A DNA stretch of 64,000 nt from Chlamydiales bacterium (lineage in GTDB: Bacteria > Chlamydiota > Chlamydiia > Chlamydiales > SM23-39). The translations under genes were made by a program, and so were the position numbers. The stretch covers positions 73,323 to 137,322 of the forward strand of contig JANQFC010000077.1 in assembly GCA_028278035.1 (NCBI GenBank). The letters are read 5' to 3'. Shown here piece after piece: positions 56,308 through 64,000 of the stretch (position 1 is the stretch's first letter; each line of letters begins with the position of its first letter). The notes below the pieces were generated by a model that saw only the letters and a list, made by a program, of their open reading frames with translations, was not told the origin of the DNA and ran no database searches.

Positions 56308-58070
56308 ACACCCACCTTCAAGCTATGCATTTTTTCTTTTATGTTTTTCAAGGCATCTTTATATGCATTGGAATTGTATTCTATAAAATTTAAATTCTTC
56401 ATGTCATTTTGAAGAGACAAGAAAAACGCTCTTGCTTCATCATGTGTATCAAATGCAAATTTCTCTTTAAAAATATCATGCAGAACATCAAAGATCTCCA
56501 CTTGTCTTAAAATAGGACAATATGCATCTATTTTATCAAAAGAATTTTGCTGAAGATAACAAGTATCAAACAGCTCTGCTTTTAGATATACTATCATGTC
56601 ATCTATAGAAATTCCTTCTTCTCCGACCACTTCCATTCTCTTGGATATTTCATTTCCATTTTTTAATATAGCATGTGAAAAATAAACTTTTTTCTGCCAG
56701 TTATTGGAATGTTTATTCAATTCCATAGAAGCCTTGTTCAAATACTTGGTCCAGGAAATTAAAGGATCTATCGCCGGATACCTTCTTGCATCCGATCTTT
56801 CTCTTGAAAGACCCCAAAAAGCACCGACTACTGCTAATGTTGCCTGAGTTACCGGCTCTTCAAAGTTACCGCCGGCAGGCGATACTGCTCCGCCAATTGT
56901 CAAAGATCCTATTTTTTGATTTTTTAAAACTAAAGATCCGGCCCTTTCATAAAAAGCTGCTATCCTCGAAGCTAAATATGCAGGAAAAGCTTCTTCTCCA
57001 GGAATTTCTTCTAATCTTCCGGACATCTCTCTCATAGCCTGCGCCCAACGGGAAGTGGAGTCTGCTAAAACTAAAATATTTAGTCCCATCTGACGATAAT
57101 ACTCAGCAATGGTAACCGCCATATAAACTGAGGCTTCTCTAGCTGCCACCGGCATAGAAGATGTATTACTAATAATTACCGTTCTGTTCATTAAAGGTTC
57201 ATTTGTCTTGGCATCTATTAAATGAGGAAACTCTTTTAAGATCTCAACTACCTCTCCTGCTCTTTCTCCACATGCCGCTACGATTACAATGTCTACATCA
57301 CTGTGTTTTGCCAAATGGTGCTGCAAAACTGTTTTACCAGCTCCGAATGGTCCCGGCGTACAAAAAGTAGAACCTTTCAAGATAGGAAACTCTGTGTCTA
57401 ATATTCTCAGCCCTGTTATCATCATATTTTCAGGACTTACTTTTTGACCCTGCAACAAAGCAGATTTAACAGGCCATTTTTGAAGCATGCAGAATTCGTA
57501 TTCTTTCCCTTCTTCATCCTTTGCCTTTGCTACTACCGTTTCAATGTTATATACACCTGGTTTTATAACCCAAATGATTTCAAAAGATCTTCTGTAAATA
57601 AAAGGTACCATAATCTGATGCTGGAAATGTCCTTCTTTCACCTCTCCTAAGCTGTCTCCTCTTTGAACATTATCCCCTACTTTTATTTTCGGAATAAATT
57701 CCCAGGTCTTTTTTCTATCTAATGGTTTTATGTATAAACCTCTGGATAAAAAATAACCTGCCTCTTCTGCTATTTTTTCTAACGGATTTTGCAGTCCATC
57801 AAAAATAGAAGTCAATAATCCCGGCCCTAGCTCAGCTTCTAATAAATGTCCTAAGAATTCTACCTCGGTATTTAATTTTATACCTCTTGTATCTTCAAAA
57901 ACTTGTACTTTTGCCACATTAGAATTTATCTCAATCACTTCTGCAGAAAAATTCATATTCTCCACCTTAATAAAACAAACTTCACCCTGGCAGATATTTC
58001 CTTTAAACTCCACATGAAGTAAATTTCCAAAAGCTTTTATTACATTGCCTTTTGCTTTAATATTTGTCAT
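56304..58070 (-). CDS. atpA: V-type ATPase catalytic subunit A
   Basis: 588 aa with Walker [10 protein letters not shown]. Confidence 0.95.
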   Translation of the reverse strand: MTNIKAKGNVIKAFGNLLHVEFKGNICQGEVCFIKVENMNFSAEVIEINSNVAKVQVFEDTRGIKLNTEVEFLGHLLEAELGPGLLTSIFDGLQNPLEKIAEEAGYFLSRGLYIKPLDRKKTWEFIPKIKVGDNVQRGDSLGEVKEGHFQHQIMVPFIYRRSFEIIWVIKPGVYNIETVVAKAKDEEGKEYEFCMLQKWPVKSALLQGQKVSPENMMITGLRILDTEFPILKGSTFCTPGPFGAGKTVLQHHLAKHSDVDIVIVAACGERAGEVVEILKEFPHLIDAKTNEPLMNRTVIISNTSSMPVAAREASVYMAVTIAEYYRQMGLNILVLADSTSRWAQAMREMSGRLEEIPGEEAFPAYLASRIAAFYERAGSLVLKNQKIGSLTIGGAVSPAGGNFEEPVTQATLAVVGAFWGLSRERSDARRYPAIDPLISWTKYLNKASMELNKHSNNWQKKVYFSHAILKNGNEISKRMEVVGEEGISIDDMIVYLKAELFDTCYLQQNSFDKIDAYCPILRQVEIFDVLHDIFKEKFAFDTHDEARAFFLSLQNDMKNLNFIEYNSNAYKDALKNIKEKMHSLKVGV

Positions 58071-58078
58071 TTTTTTCC

Positions 58079-58843
58079 CTAGGTAATATTGTCTATAATA
58101 TTTTTACCAATATCTTTATTTAACATGTTCAAATCCTCTACAATGATAAGCAAAGCCGAATATGCTAACAGCTGATCTATTGAAAAAGGCTTTTCTTCCA
58201 TAATTTCTGAAATCTTTTTAAATCTATATTCTAAAAGTTTTTCATTTAGTTTATGGGGGTCGTCAATATTATTTTTATAAATATCTTTGATTTCCTGATA
58301 TTCTTTAGGAGGCTCAAAATCTTCTAAGTCTTTTTGAACCAGAATGTATTCCACTAGATCATCTTGAAGATCTTCATACTGCACTTCTTTTACAACATCT
58401 CTTTTTAAAGTTTTCGATCTTAAAGCAGTAAGTATTAATCTATAATCTCTTTCAAATGTGAAATATTTTTTTAAAAAACCTTTTTTTCGCATCATTTTTT
58501 CGAAATATTTCACTTTCAAAAAATTAAAATTTTTTAATCTCTCCTCTACACTTTCATATTTATCCAAATAATCAAAAACATAATCATCAAAAATATCTTT
58601 TATCAAAAGGGCATCTTCTAACTCTTTTGCATTTAAAATGCCTCTTGGATCTATTTCCTTGCTTTCCCATAAAAGCCTTAAATTAGTTATGTCTATATAT
58701 CTTTTAAAGGCTGTATTTTTCTGCATATCTACAACCGATAAATTGATGGCAAAGATTCTTTGAAGCTCATGAAAAGACATTTCCGGCTTAACCTTTAAAG
58801 AAAGAGTCGGAAGAGCTGATCCAATAAAATAATATTTATTCAT
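58079..58843 (-). CDS. Hypothetical protein inside the V-ATPase operon (possible C/d-like accessory subunit)
   Basis: 254 aa. It occupies the position between atpE and atpA that a hypothetical gene occupies in Chlamydiaceae. Confidence 0.5.
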   Translation of the reverse strand: MNKYYFIGSALPTLSLKVKPEMSFHELQRIFAINLSVVDMQKNTAFKRYIDITNLRLLWESKEIDPRGILNAKELEDALLIKDIFDDYVFDYLDKYESVEERLKNFNFLKVKYFEKMMRKKGFLKKYFTFERDYRLILTALRSKTLKRDVVKEVQYEDLQDDLVEYILVQKDLEDFEPPKEYQEIKDIYKNNIDDPHKLNEKLLEYRFKKISEIMEEKPFSIDQLLAYSALLIIVEDLNMLNKDIGKNIIDNIT

Positions 58844-58848
58844 AAAAT

Positions 58849-59472
58849 TTATACGTTAAATATTTTTTGTCTAAAATCTTGCCTTATATAAGCTGCTATC
58901 AAATCCTTTAGGGCGCTGTCTGAAATATCTATTGTAATCTGCATTTCATGCAGTTTAATTTTAACCCCGCCTTCAAAATCTTTTAAAACAAGTTCTTTTT
59001 CTTTAAGTTTATTAAGTATTTCTTTTGATAAAAAAGTAGTTATTTTATTTGCATCTACAAGTTTTGGTATATATGCACTAATATCAACATCAAGTCCTTT
59101 TTCTTCGATTGTTTTAATAATAGCAGTTATTAGCCCTGCTATTATTTTAGGATCCGTTGTATTTTTAGTAACAAGCTCTTTTAAGTTCTTATTGAAAAGC
59201 TCATTTTCAATTTTTTGTTTTAGCTCTTCAAAAGCCTGACGGGTAGCAAGCGACATAGCAGAATCAAATATCTTTTTTTCTTTTGCTATTTGTTTTTTAG
59301 CATCAGATATTATTTGTTCATTTTCTTTCTTAGCTTTTTTTACTATCTCTTCTGCTTCTAATCGAGCATTTTCTACTATTTCTTTAGCCTGCTGTTTGGC
59401 AGGGTCCAAAGTTTCTTTTCTTATCACATCGCAAATTTTTTGAATTTTAATCTCAGAGGTCTGTTCTTTCAT
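58849..59472 (-). CDS. atpE: V-type ATPase subunit E
   Basis: 207 aa with an N-terminal Lys/Glu/Ala-rich long helix. It is the first gene of the operon. Confidence 0.75.
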   Translation of the reverse strand: MKEQTSEIKIQKICDVIRKETLDPAKQQAKEIVENARLEAEEIVKKAKKENEQIISDAKKQIAKEKKIFDSAMSLATRQAFEELKQKIENELFNKNLKELVTKNTTDPKIIAGLITAIIKTIEEKGLDVDISAYIPKLVDANKITTFLSKEILNKLKEKELVLKDFEGGVKIKLHEMQITIDISDSALKDLIAAYIRQDFRQKIFNV

Positions 59473-59628
59473 AAAAATTCCTCAGTTGACTTTATTGATA
59501 TTTTACATAGATTCTTAATTTAAGTGAAATATTACAAAAAAAATCATCCCAATATAAAAATCACATTGCCAGAAACTCTATCTTTTTGTAAAAAAAGATA
59601 TAAAAAATTTTAAAATCAGGCTTAATTC

Positions 59629-59856
59629 ATGAAAAAACTTATCTCTATTTTATTGATATTTACTTCTTTTTTATTTTCTAATAAATTAGAAGCCGAACAA
59701 TCAGTATCACTTTCACAATCTAATGCAATACAAGCTGAAGCAGCAGCTGCCAGCTCTTACAGCGCTACTGCTATGTCTATGGTATTTTGGGGAGTAGTAT
59801 TGGTAGCTGGAATGGCCGTTGCTGCAATATTAATTAATTCAAGCTCATCACACTAG
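59629..59856 (+). CDS. Small secreted/tail-anchored protein
   Basis: 75 aa with an N-terminal signal-like segment and the C-terminal hydrophobic segment VFWGVVLVAGMAVAAILI. Confidence 0.4.
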   Translation: MKKLISILLIFTSFLFSNKLEAEQSVSLSQSNAIQAEAAAASSYSATAMSMVFWGVVLVAGMAVAAILINSSSSH

Positions 59857-60527
59857 TGAAAAAATTATTTTTTATATTATTTGCTTTTAACACTTTTTTA
59901 TTTGCAGACAATATTCCATATTTTAAAGAACCTCAATCTTGGCAGATAGTTGATCCCAAGGCTTACCCTAAACACGTACAAATAGGCTTCGTTAAAAAAA
60001 CAAAAACATCATTCAACCCATCTGTTAATTTAGCAAAAGAAGAAATATCTTGTACAAAAAATGAGTATTTGCGAGCAGCTCAAAGAGTGCATACTAATTC
60101 CATTACATACTGTCAAAGTTTTGGAACTTTAAATACAAATATCGGTCCTGCCGATATTTTTGAAATTACGAAGCAAACTAAGTTCGGCTCTTTAAAAATG
60201 CTTCAAATGATCCTGTTTCATGAAAATAGCGTTTATGTCATGACAGGTTCATGTAAGAAAGAAGACTTCTTACAATACCTGAGCATCTTTAAAGACTGCT
60301 TTGCATCTTTTGACATAACAAATGATATATTTTCACTATTACAAAATAAAGATGAAAAAGCTAAAATTATAAATAACTATCAGGATTTTTTAAAAAAGTT
60401 AAAAACAGCAAAAAATAAAGAAAAAGAACTTAAGAATTTTGAAAAAAACATACAAAAAAAATTTAAGAACATATCAAAACATTTCCAAATACTACTTTTG
60501 AAAAAAGCAATTGAAAATAATTGCTAG
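59856..60527 (+). CDS. Hypothetical exported protein
   Basis: The GTG start overlaps the previous stop by 1 nt. It has an N-terminal signal-like segment (MKKLFFILFAFNTFLFA). Confidence 0.5.
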   Translation: MKKLFFILFAFNTFLFADNIPYFKEPQSWQIVDPKAYPKHVQIGFVKKTKTSFNPSVNLAKEEISCTKNEYLRAAQRVHTNSITYCQSFGTLNTNIGPADIFEITKQTKFGSLKMLQMILFHENSVYVMTGSCKKEDFLQYLSIFKDCFASFDITNDIFSLLQNKDEKAKIINNYQDFLKKLKTAKNKEKELKNFEKNIQKKFKNISKHFQILLLKKAIENNC

Positions 60528-60577
60528 AATTTTTTTTTAAAAAGCTTTATTTTTTATTCTAATAAATTGAGGTGACC

Positions 60578-60886
60578 ATGAAAAAATTTGCAATATCAAT
60601 AATGCTTTTTTGTTCGCTGTTTTCTAATTATTTAATAGCTGCGGAAAATACTAAAGATGTAAATCAAGAAGAAAGTATTACTCAAAGCAAAAATTCCGAA
60701 ACAGAAGATTGCATTATTCCGGACAATATGACCAATGAAAACACATATGAGGAAAAAGAGGTTCCAAAAGCAGCGCAAGAATCCTCTATTGCCGCTGAAA
60801 AAACAAACTGGCAGCCTTGGGCAGTAGCAGCAGTGACAATTGCAGTAGCAGCTACCGGCATTGCCATTGTGCTTGCAAATAAATGA
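60578..60886 (+). CDS. Small secreted/tail-anchored protein
   Basis: ATG 60578 follows SD GAGGTGA. It has a signal-like N-terminus, an acidic middle and a C-terminal TM segment (WAVAAVTIAVAATGIAIVLA). Confidence 0.4.
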   Translation: MKKFAISIMLFCSLFSNYLIAAENTKDVNQEESITQSKNSETEDCIIPDNMTNENTYEEKEVPKAAQESSIAAEKTNWQPWAVAAVTIAVAATGIAIVLANK

Positions 60887-61341
60887 TCTTTTTTTGTTTA
60901 TTATTTTTGTTTTTGTCATGCACTCCTGGTAAATGGCAAATCGATAAAATAAATACCTTTAACGAACATTCTTCCAAAAGAATAAAATACATATCGGAAA
61001 ATTTTATTTCTGATATTGAACTGGAAATTTTATTTACAAAAGATGAAATCTTCTCTTATATCAATTTAATTTCTGCTAAAATTGAAAAAAAAGAAATAGA
61101 TCTAAAAATAATAATAGAAAATGCCGAATATGAATTTTCAGAAAATCTAATCACACCTCAAAGAATAAAACTGTCCAAGCACTTACAAAATTTAATATTA
61201 GAAACATGTAAAGAAAATAAAAATATTGCTATACTTTTCGAAGATTTTAAGATAAACATAACTCCTTCTTATATCTCAAAAAAAATGGAAAATAATTCCT
61301 TTTTTAAGTTAATAAGTTTTATAGAAATCAACAAAGGATAG
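60883..61341 (+). CDS. Hypothetical lipoprotein
   Basis: MIFFCLLFLFLSCTPG has a lipobox-like signal. It overlaps the previous stop by 4 nt. Confidence 0.45.
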   Translation: MIFFCLLFLFLSCTPGKWQIDKINTFNEHSSKRIKYISENFISDIELEILFTKDEIFSYINLISAKIEKKEIDLKIIIENAEYEFSENLITPQRIKLSKHLQNLILETCKENKNIAILFEDFKINITPSYISKKMENNSFFKLISFIEINKG

Positions 61342-61344
61342 ATC

Positions 61345-62313
61345 ATGCACAATACAAAACAAAAATTATCAACTTTAGACCAAATAAAAAAATACACCAA
61401 AGTAGTCGCTGATACTTCCGATTTTGAGCTTATTGATCAATATAAACCTCAAGACGCCACCACTAATCCTTCATTGATTTTAAAAGCCTCCCAAAAAGAA
61501 AATTATAAGCATTTAATTAAAGAGGCCATTTCTTATGCAAAATCAAAAAATCCTAAAAATACTTTGTCTTTAGCTTTAGATAAAGTCTTTGTTAATTTCG
61601 GTTTTGAGATATTAAAACTAATACCGGGCAGGGTTTCTATAGAAGTTGATGTCAGATATTCTTTTGACACAAAAAAATCTATTGAAAAAGCCAAGAATAT
61701 TATTTCCCTGTTCGATGAAATGGGTATTGAAAGAAATAGAATTTTAATAAAACTTGCCTCTACCTATGAAGGGATAACAGCAGCCCAACAGTTAGAAAAA
61801 GAAAATATCCATTGTAATTTAACGCTGCTGTTTTCTTTAGCTCAGGCTATTTTATGCGCAGAAAAAAAAGTAACTTTAATATCTCCTTTTGTTGGAAGAA
61901 TATTAGACTGGTACAAAAAAAATGAAAATAAAGAATATCAAGGTTTTGAAGATCCAGGGGTATTATCTGTAACCAATATATACAATTACTACAAAAAATT
62001 TGATTATCATACTGAAATAATGGGAGCAAGCTTTAGAAATACTGATGAAATAATAGAGCTTGCAGGATGCGATCTTTTAACAATATCTCCTGACCTATTA
62101 GAAGAACTTCAAAAAAGCGATACTGAAATCACTAAAAAATTAGATTCAAATCTAGCTAAAAAAAAGAATATTCAAAAAATAAATCTTACCGAACAAAGTT
62201 TTAGGTATATGCTAAATGAAGATCCTATGGCTACAGAAAAATTATCTGAAGGAATTAGAAAGTTTGCAAAAGATCAAATTCTTTTAGAAAAAATTATTAA
62301 AAATCATCTATAA
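61345..62313 (+). CDS. tal: Transaldolase
   Basis: 322 aa with [25 protein letters not shown] and LISPFVGRI. Confidence 0.95.
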   Translation: MHNTKQKLSTLDQIKKYTKVVADTSDFELIDQYKPQDATTNPSLILKASQKENYKHLIKEAISYAKSKNPKNTLSLALDKVFVNFGFEILKLIPGRVSIEVDVRYSFDTKKSIEKAKNIISLFDEMGIERNRILIKLASTYEGITAAQQLEKENIHCNLTLLFSLAQAILCAEKKVTLISPFVGRILDWYKKNENKEYQGFEDPGVLSVTNIYNYYKKFDYHTEIMGASFRNTDEIIELAGCDLLTISPDLLEELQKSDTEITKKLDSNLAKKKNIQKINLTEQSFRYMLNEDPMATEKLSEGIRKFAKDQILLEKIIKNHL

Positions 62314-62346
62314 ATTAAAGCTTCCATATGAGAGCTTTAATTTTTT
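62314..62346. terminator. Bidirectional AT-rich intrinsic terminator
   Basis: The stem is TTAAAGCT/AGCTTTAA (62315-62322 / 62333-62340) followed by T6. It lies between convergent tal and the 62363 gene. Confidence 0.6.
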
Positions 62347-62362
62347 CAACTAAAATTTTTTT

Positions 62363-62854
62363 TTAATCTCTAACTATTTGACCATTGACAACTTCTTCGA
62401 CAAAGCTTGTAGGATCCAAATGTACAGTGCCGGCATCTCCTAAAAATTTAATTTTATTAATATGGCTATTTATTAAATAAATATCAGTAGAGCAAGAAGG
62501 TGTTTCAAAATATCCTTTTAAAACCGTAACATGAACATTTTTATAAGTAATATTATCCGCGCTGCTAGGATTCAAGTATTTAAAATGAACTCCTCTTTCA
62601 GCTGTTAATTTTCCGTCAGATTCTAATATCCCTTCTTTTTCTGTAATATTTATTATTCTCGCTTCTTTTTGAATTCTCCCGCCTGCTTCAATTTCCTTCA
62701 CTACAGAGGCCGCATCCACATAAATATTACCATCTGATATAATTTTTTCAGCTGTAACACCTAGCAGTTTCAAATTAGCGCATTCTGCAGTAACTTGACG
62801 ATGTTGTCCCATTAAGTATACATATTCTAAAGATGTTGATCCTATTATTGGCAT
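62363..62854 (-). CDS. Hypothetical protein (beta-rich repeat pattern; bactofilin-like is only a guess)
   Basis: 163 aa. It is translationally coupled to the upstream ORF through the overlap ATGCCAATAA. Confidence 0.5.
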   Translation of the reverse strand: MPIIGSTSLEYVYLMGQHRQVTAECANLKLLGVTAEKIISDGNIYVDAASVVKEIEAGGRIQKEARIINITEKEGILESDGKLTAERGVHFKYLNPSSADNITYKNVHVTVLKGYFETPSCSTDIYLINSHINKIKFLGDAGTVHLDPTSFVEEVVNGQIVRD

Positions 62855-63180
62855 ATAATTATTTCCTTGTTGATATATTTGTTAAAAAAATGTGTCGAAA
62901 ATCTCTTAGCCTCCAAAGACATAGACTTTTCTTGTGTACTTTGACTAAACAACGCTCCTGTAGTTCCAAATTGCCGCATAACATCAAATATTTCCATCTC
63001 TTCTAAAGTAGGTTCTCTAACAAACCAATCTCTTCCCCAACCAGCAACTTCTGCAACATACTTTCCTGCTATTCGTTCGTAGTCTTTGAATTTTTCTTCT
63101 TCTTTTTCCTCTTTTTGGGAAGCTGTTTCAACAGCACCTGCAGATTGCCCTGAAGATGCTGTAGGTGAGCTGCACGACAT
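62845..63180 (-). CDS. Hypothetical protein with a Ser/Ala/Glu-rich disordered N-terminus
   Basis: 111 aa, the first gene of a two-gene operon. Confidence 0.45.
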   Translation of the reverse strand: MSCSSPTASSGQSAGAVETASQKEEKEEEKFKDYERIAGKYVAEVAGWGRDWFVREPTLEEMEIFDVMRQFGTTGALFSQSTQEKSMSLEAKRFSTHFFNKYINKEIIICQ

Positions 63181-63244
63181 ATTTTAACCTCATAAGTTAT
63201 TTTTTTAGAAATTGAGTATGCAAAATATGTGAAATGATATTTTC

Positions 63245-63263
63245 TATCAACAAAAAGTTGATA
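63245..63263. promoter_or_regulatory. Palindrome TATCAAC-AAAAA-GTTGATA upstream of the two-gene operon
   Basis: Perfect 7-bp arms, about 65 nt upstream of ATG 63180. Confidence 0.35.
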
Positions 63264-63334
63264 ATTATTAAATTAAAATAATATTTTTCAAAAGTTTTAT
63301 TTATGACTTATATATTTTCTAGTCTTAATGCTAT

Positions 63335-63642
63335 TTATTGTCCTGTAAATACTATGTTAATACCTTCTTTAGCTACTAATTGTTCAAATCTTTCTTTACG
63401 TGAATTTTCTTTTTGATACAAATTGATTATTTTTTCTTGTATTGATTCTAAATACTCTATCCTTCTTTTTTATCCATTAAAACATTTCCGTCTGATATTA
63501 CTTTTTTAGCAGTAACCCCTATAAGACAACGAGTTTCTTTTCCTCGAAAAATTATAACATCACATTTTTTATTAAATATTGTACATACTTCACGCGGAAA
63601 TATTAATTTTTAATGCTTTGAAATTCGTGAAATACCGGCCAT
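63335..63642 (-). pseudogene. Decayed paralogue fragment of the 62363-62854 gene
   Basis: The minus-strand translation gives MAGISRISKH*, then ...CLIGVTAKKVISDGNVLMDKKEG*. The intact gene has LKLLGVTAEKIISDGNIYVD. At nucleotide level, CCGTCTGATATTACTTTTTTAGCAGTAACCCCT compares with CCATCTGATATAATTTTTTCAGCTGTAACACCT. Confidence 0.4.
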
Positions 63643-63694
63643 AAGAATTCTTTTTTTATTAAAAAATTTCAAATTATAAGTACAAAAAAGAAAA

Positions 63695-63717
63695 AGCTCC
63701 CATTAGGGAGCTTTTTT
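63695..63717. terminator. Intrinsic terminator downstream of rpoC (bidirectional)
   Basis: AGCTCCC-ATTA-GGGAGCT, flanked by an A-run and a T-run. Confidence 0.8.
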
Positions 63718-63739
63718 ATAATAAATAAAAATTAATATT

Positions 63740-64000
<261 letters not shown>

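Overview
This is an AT-rich bacterial chromosome segment; hand-counted 60-nt samples of core genes give about 27% G+C. Gene content and order point to the Chlamydiota. A V-type ATPase operon (atpE-x-atpA-atpB-atpD-atpI-atpK) is framed by pknD-valS on one side and tal-rpoC on the other, as I recall for Chlamydiaceae. The window also holds a tandem-duplicated 1878-aa UvrA, cdaA-ybbR, pheS-rplT-rpmI-infC, murB, nusB, folC, pyk, trpS, fumC, deoC and LPS/lipid A genes. Positions ~13.7-64 kb are tightly packed core genome with a few lineage-specific hypothetical genes. Positions 1-13.6 kb are an accessory island anchored at the 3' end of tRNA-Ser(UGA). From the tRNA outward it contains a frameshifted tyrosine integrase of clearly higher G+C and a stand-alone SIR2-like protein convergent with an HNH nuclease. 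Next come a catalytically degenerate recombinase-like protein and an Xis-like HTH / replication-initiator-like / DnaC-like module. The island ends with an SNF2 helicase-Mod-Res operon plus a divergent Cas4-like Fe-S nuclease; Res runs off the left edge and is missing from the ORF track. The best candidates for undescribed biology are (i) the SNF2-augmented type III R-M locus with its Cas4-like neighbour and (ii) the minimal SIR2-like/HNH pair. No CRISPR array, rRNA gene or IS transposase was seen. All functional calls come from motif recognition by eye, not from database searches.
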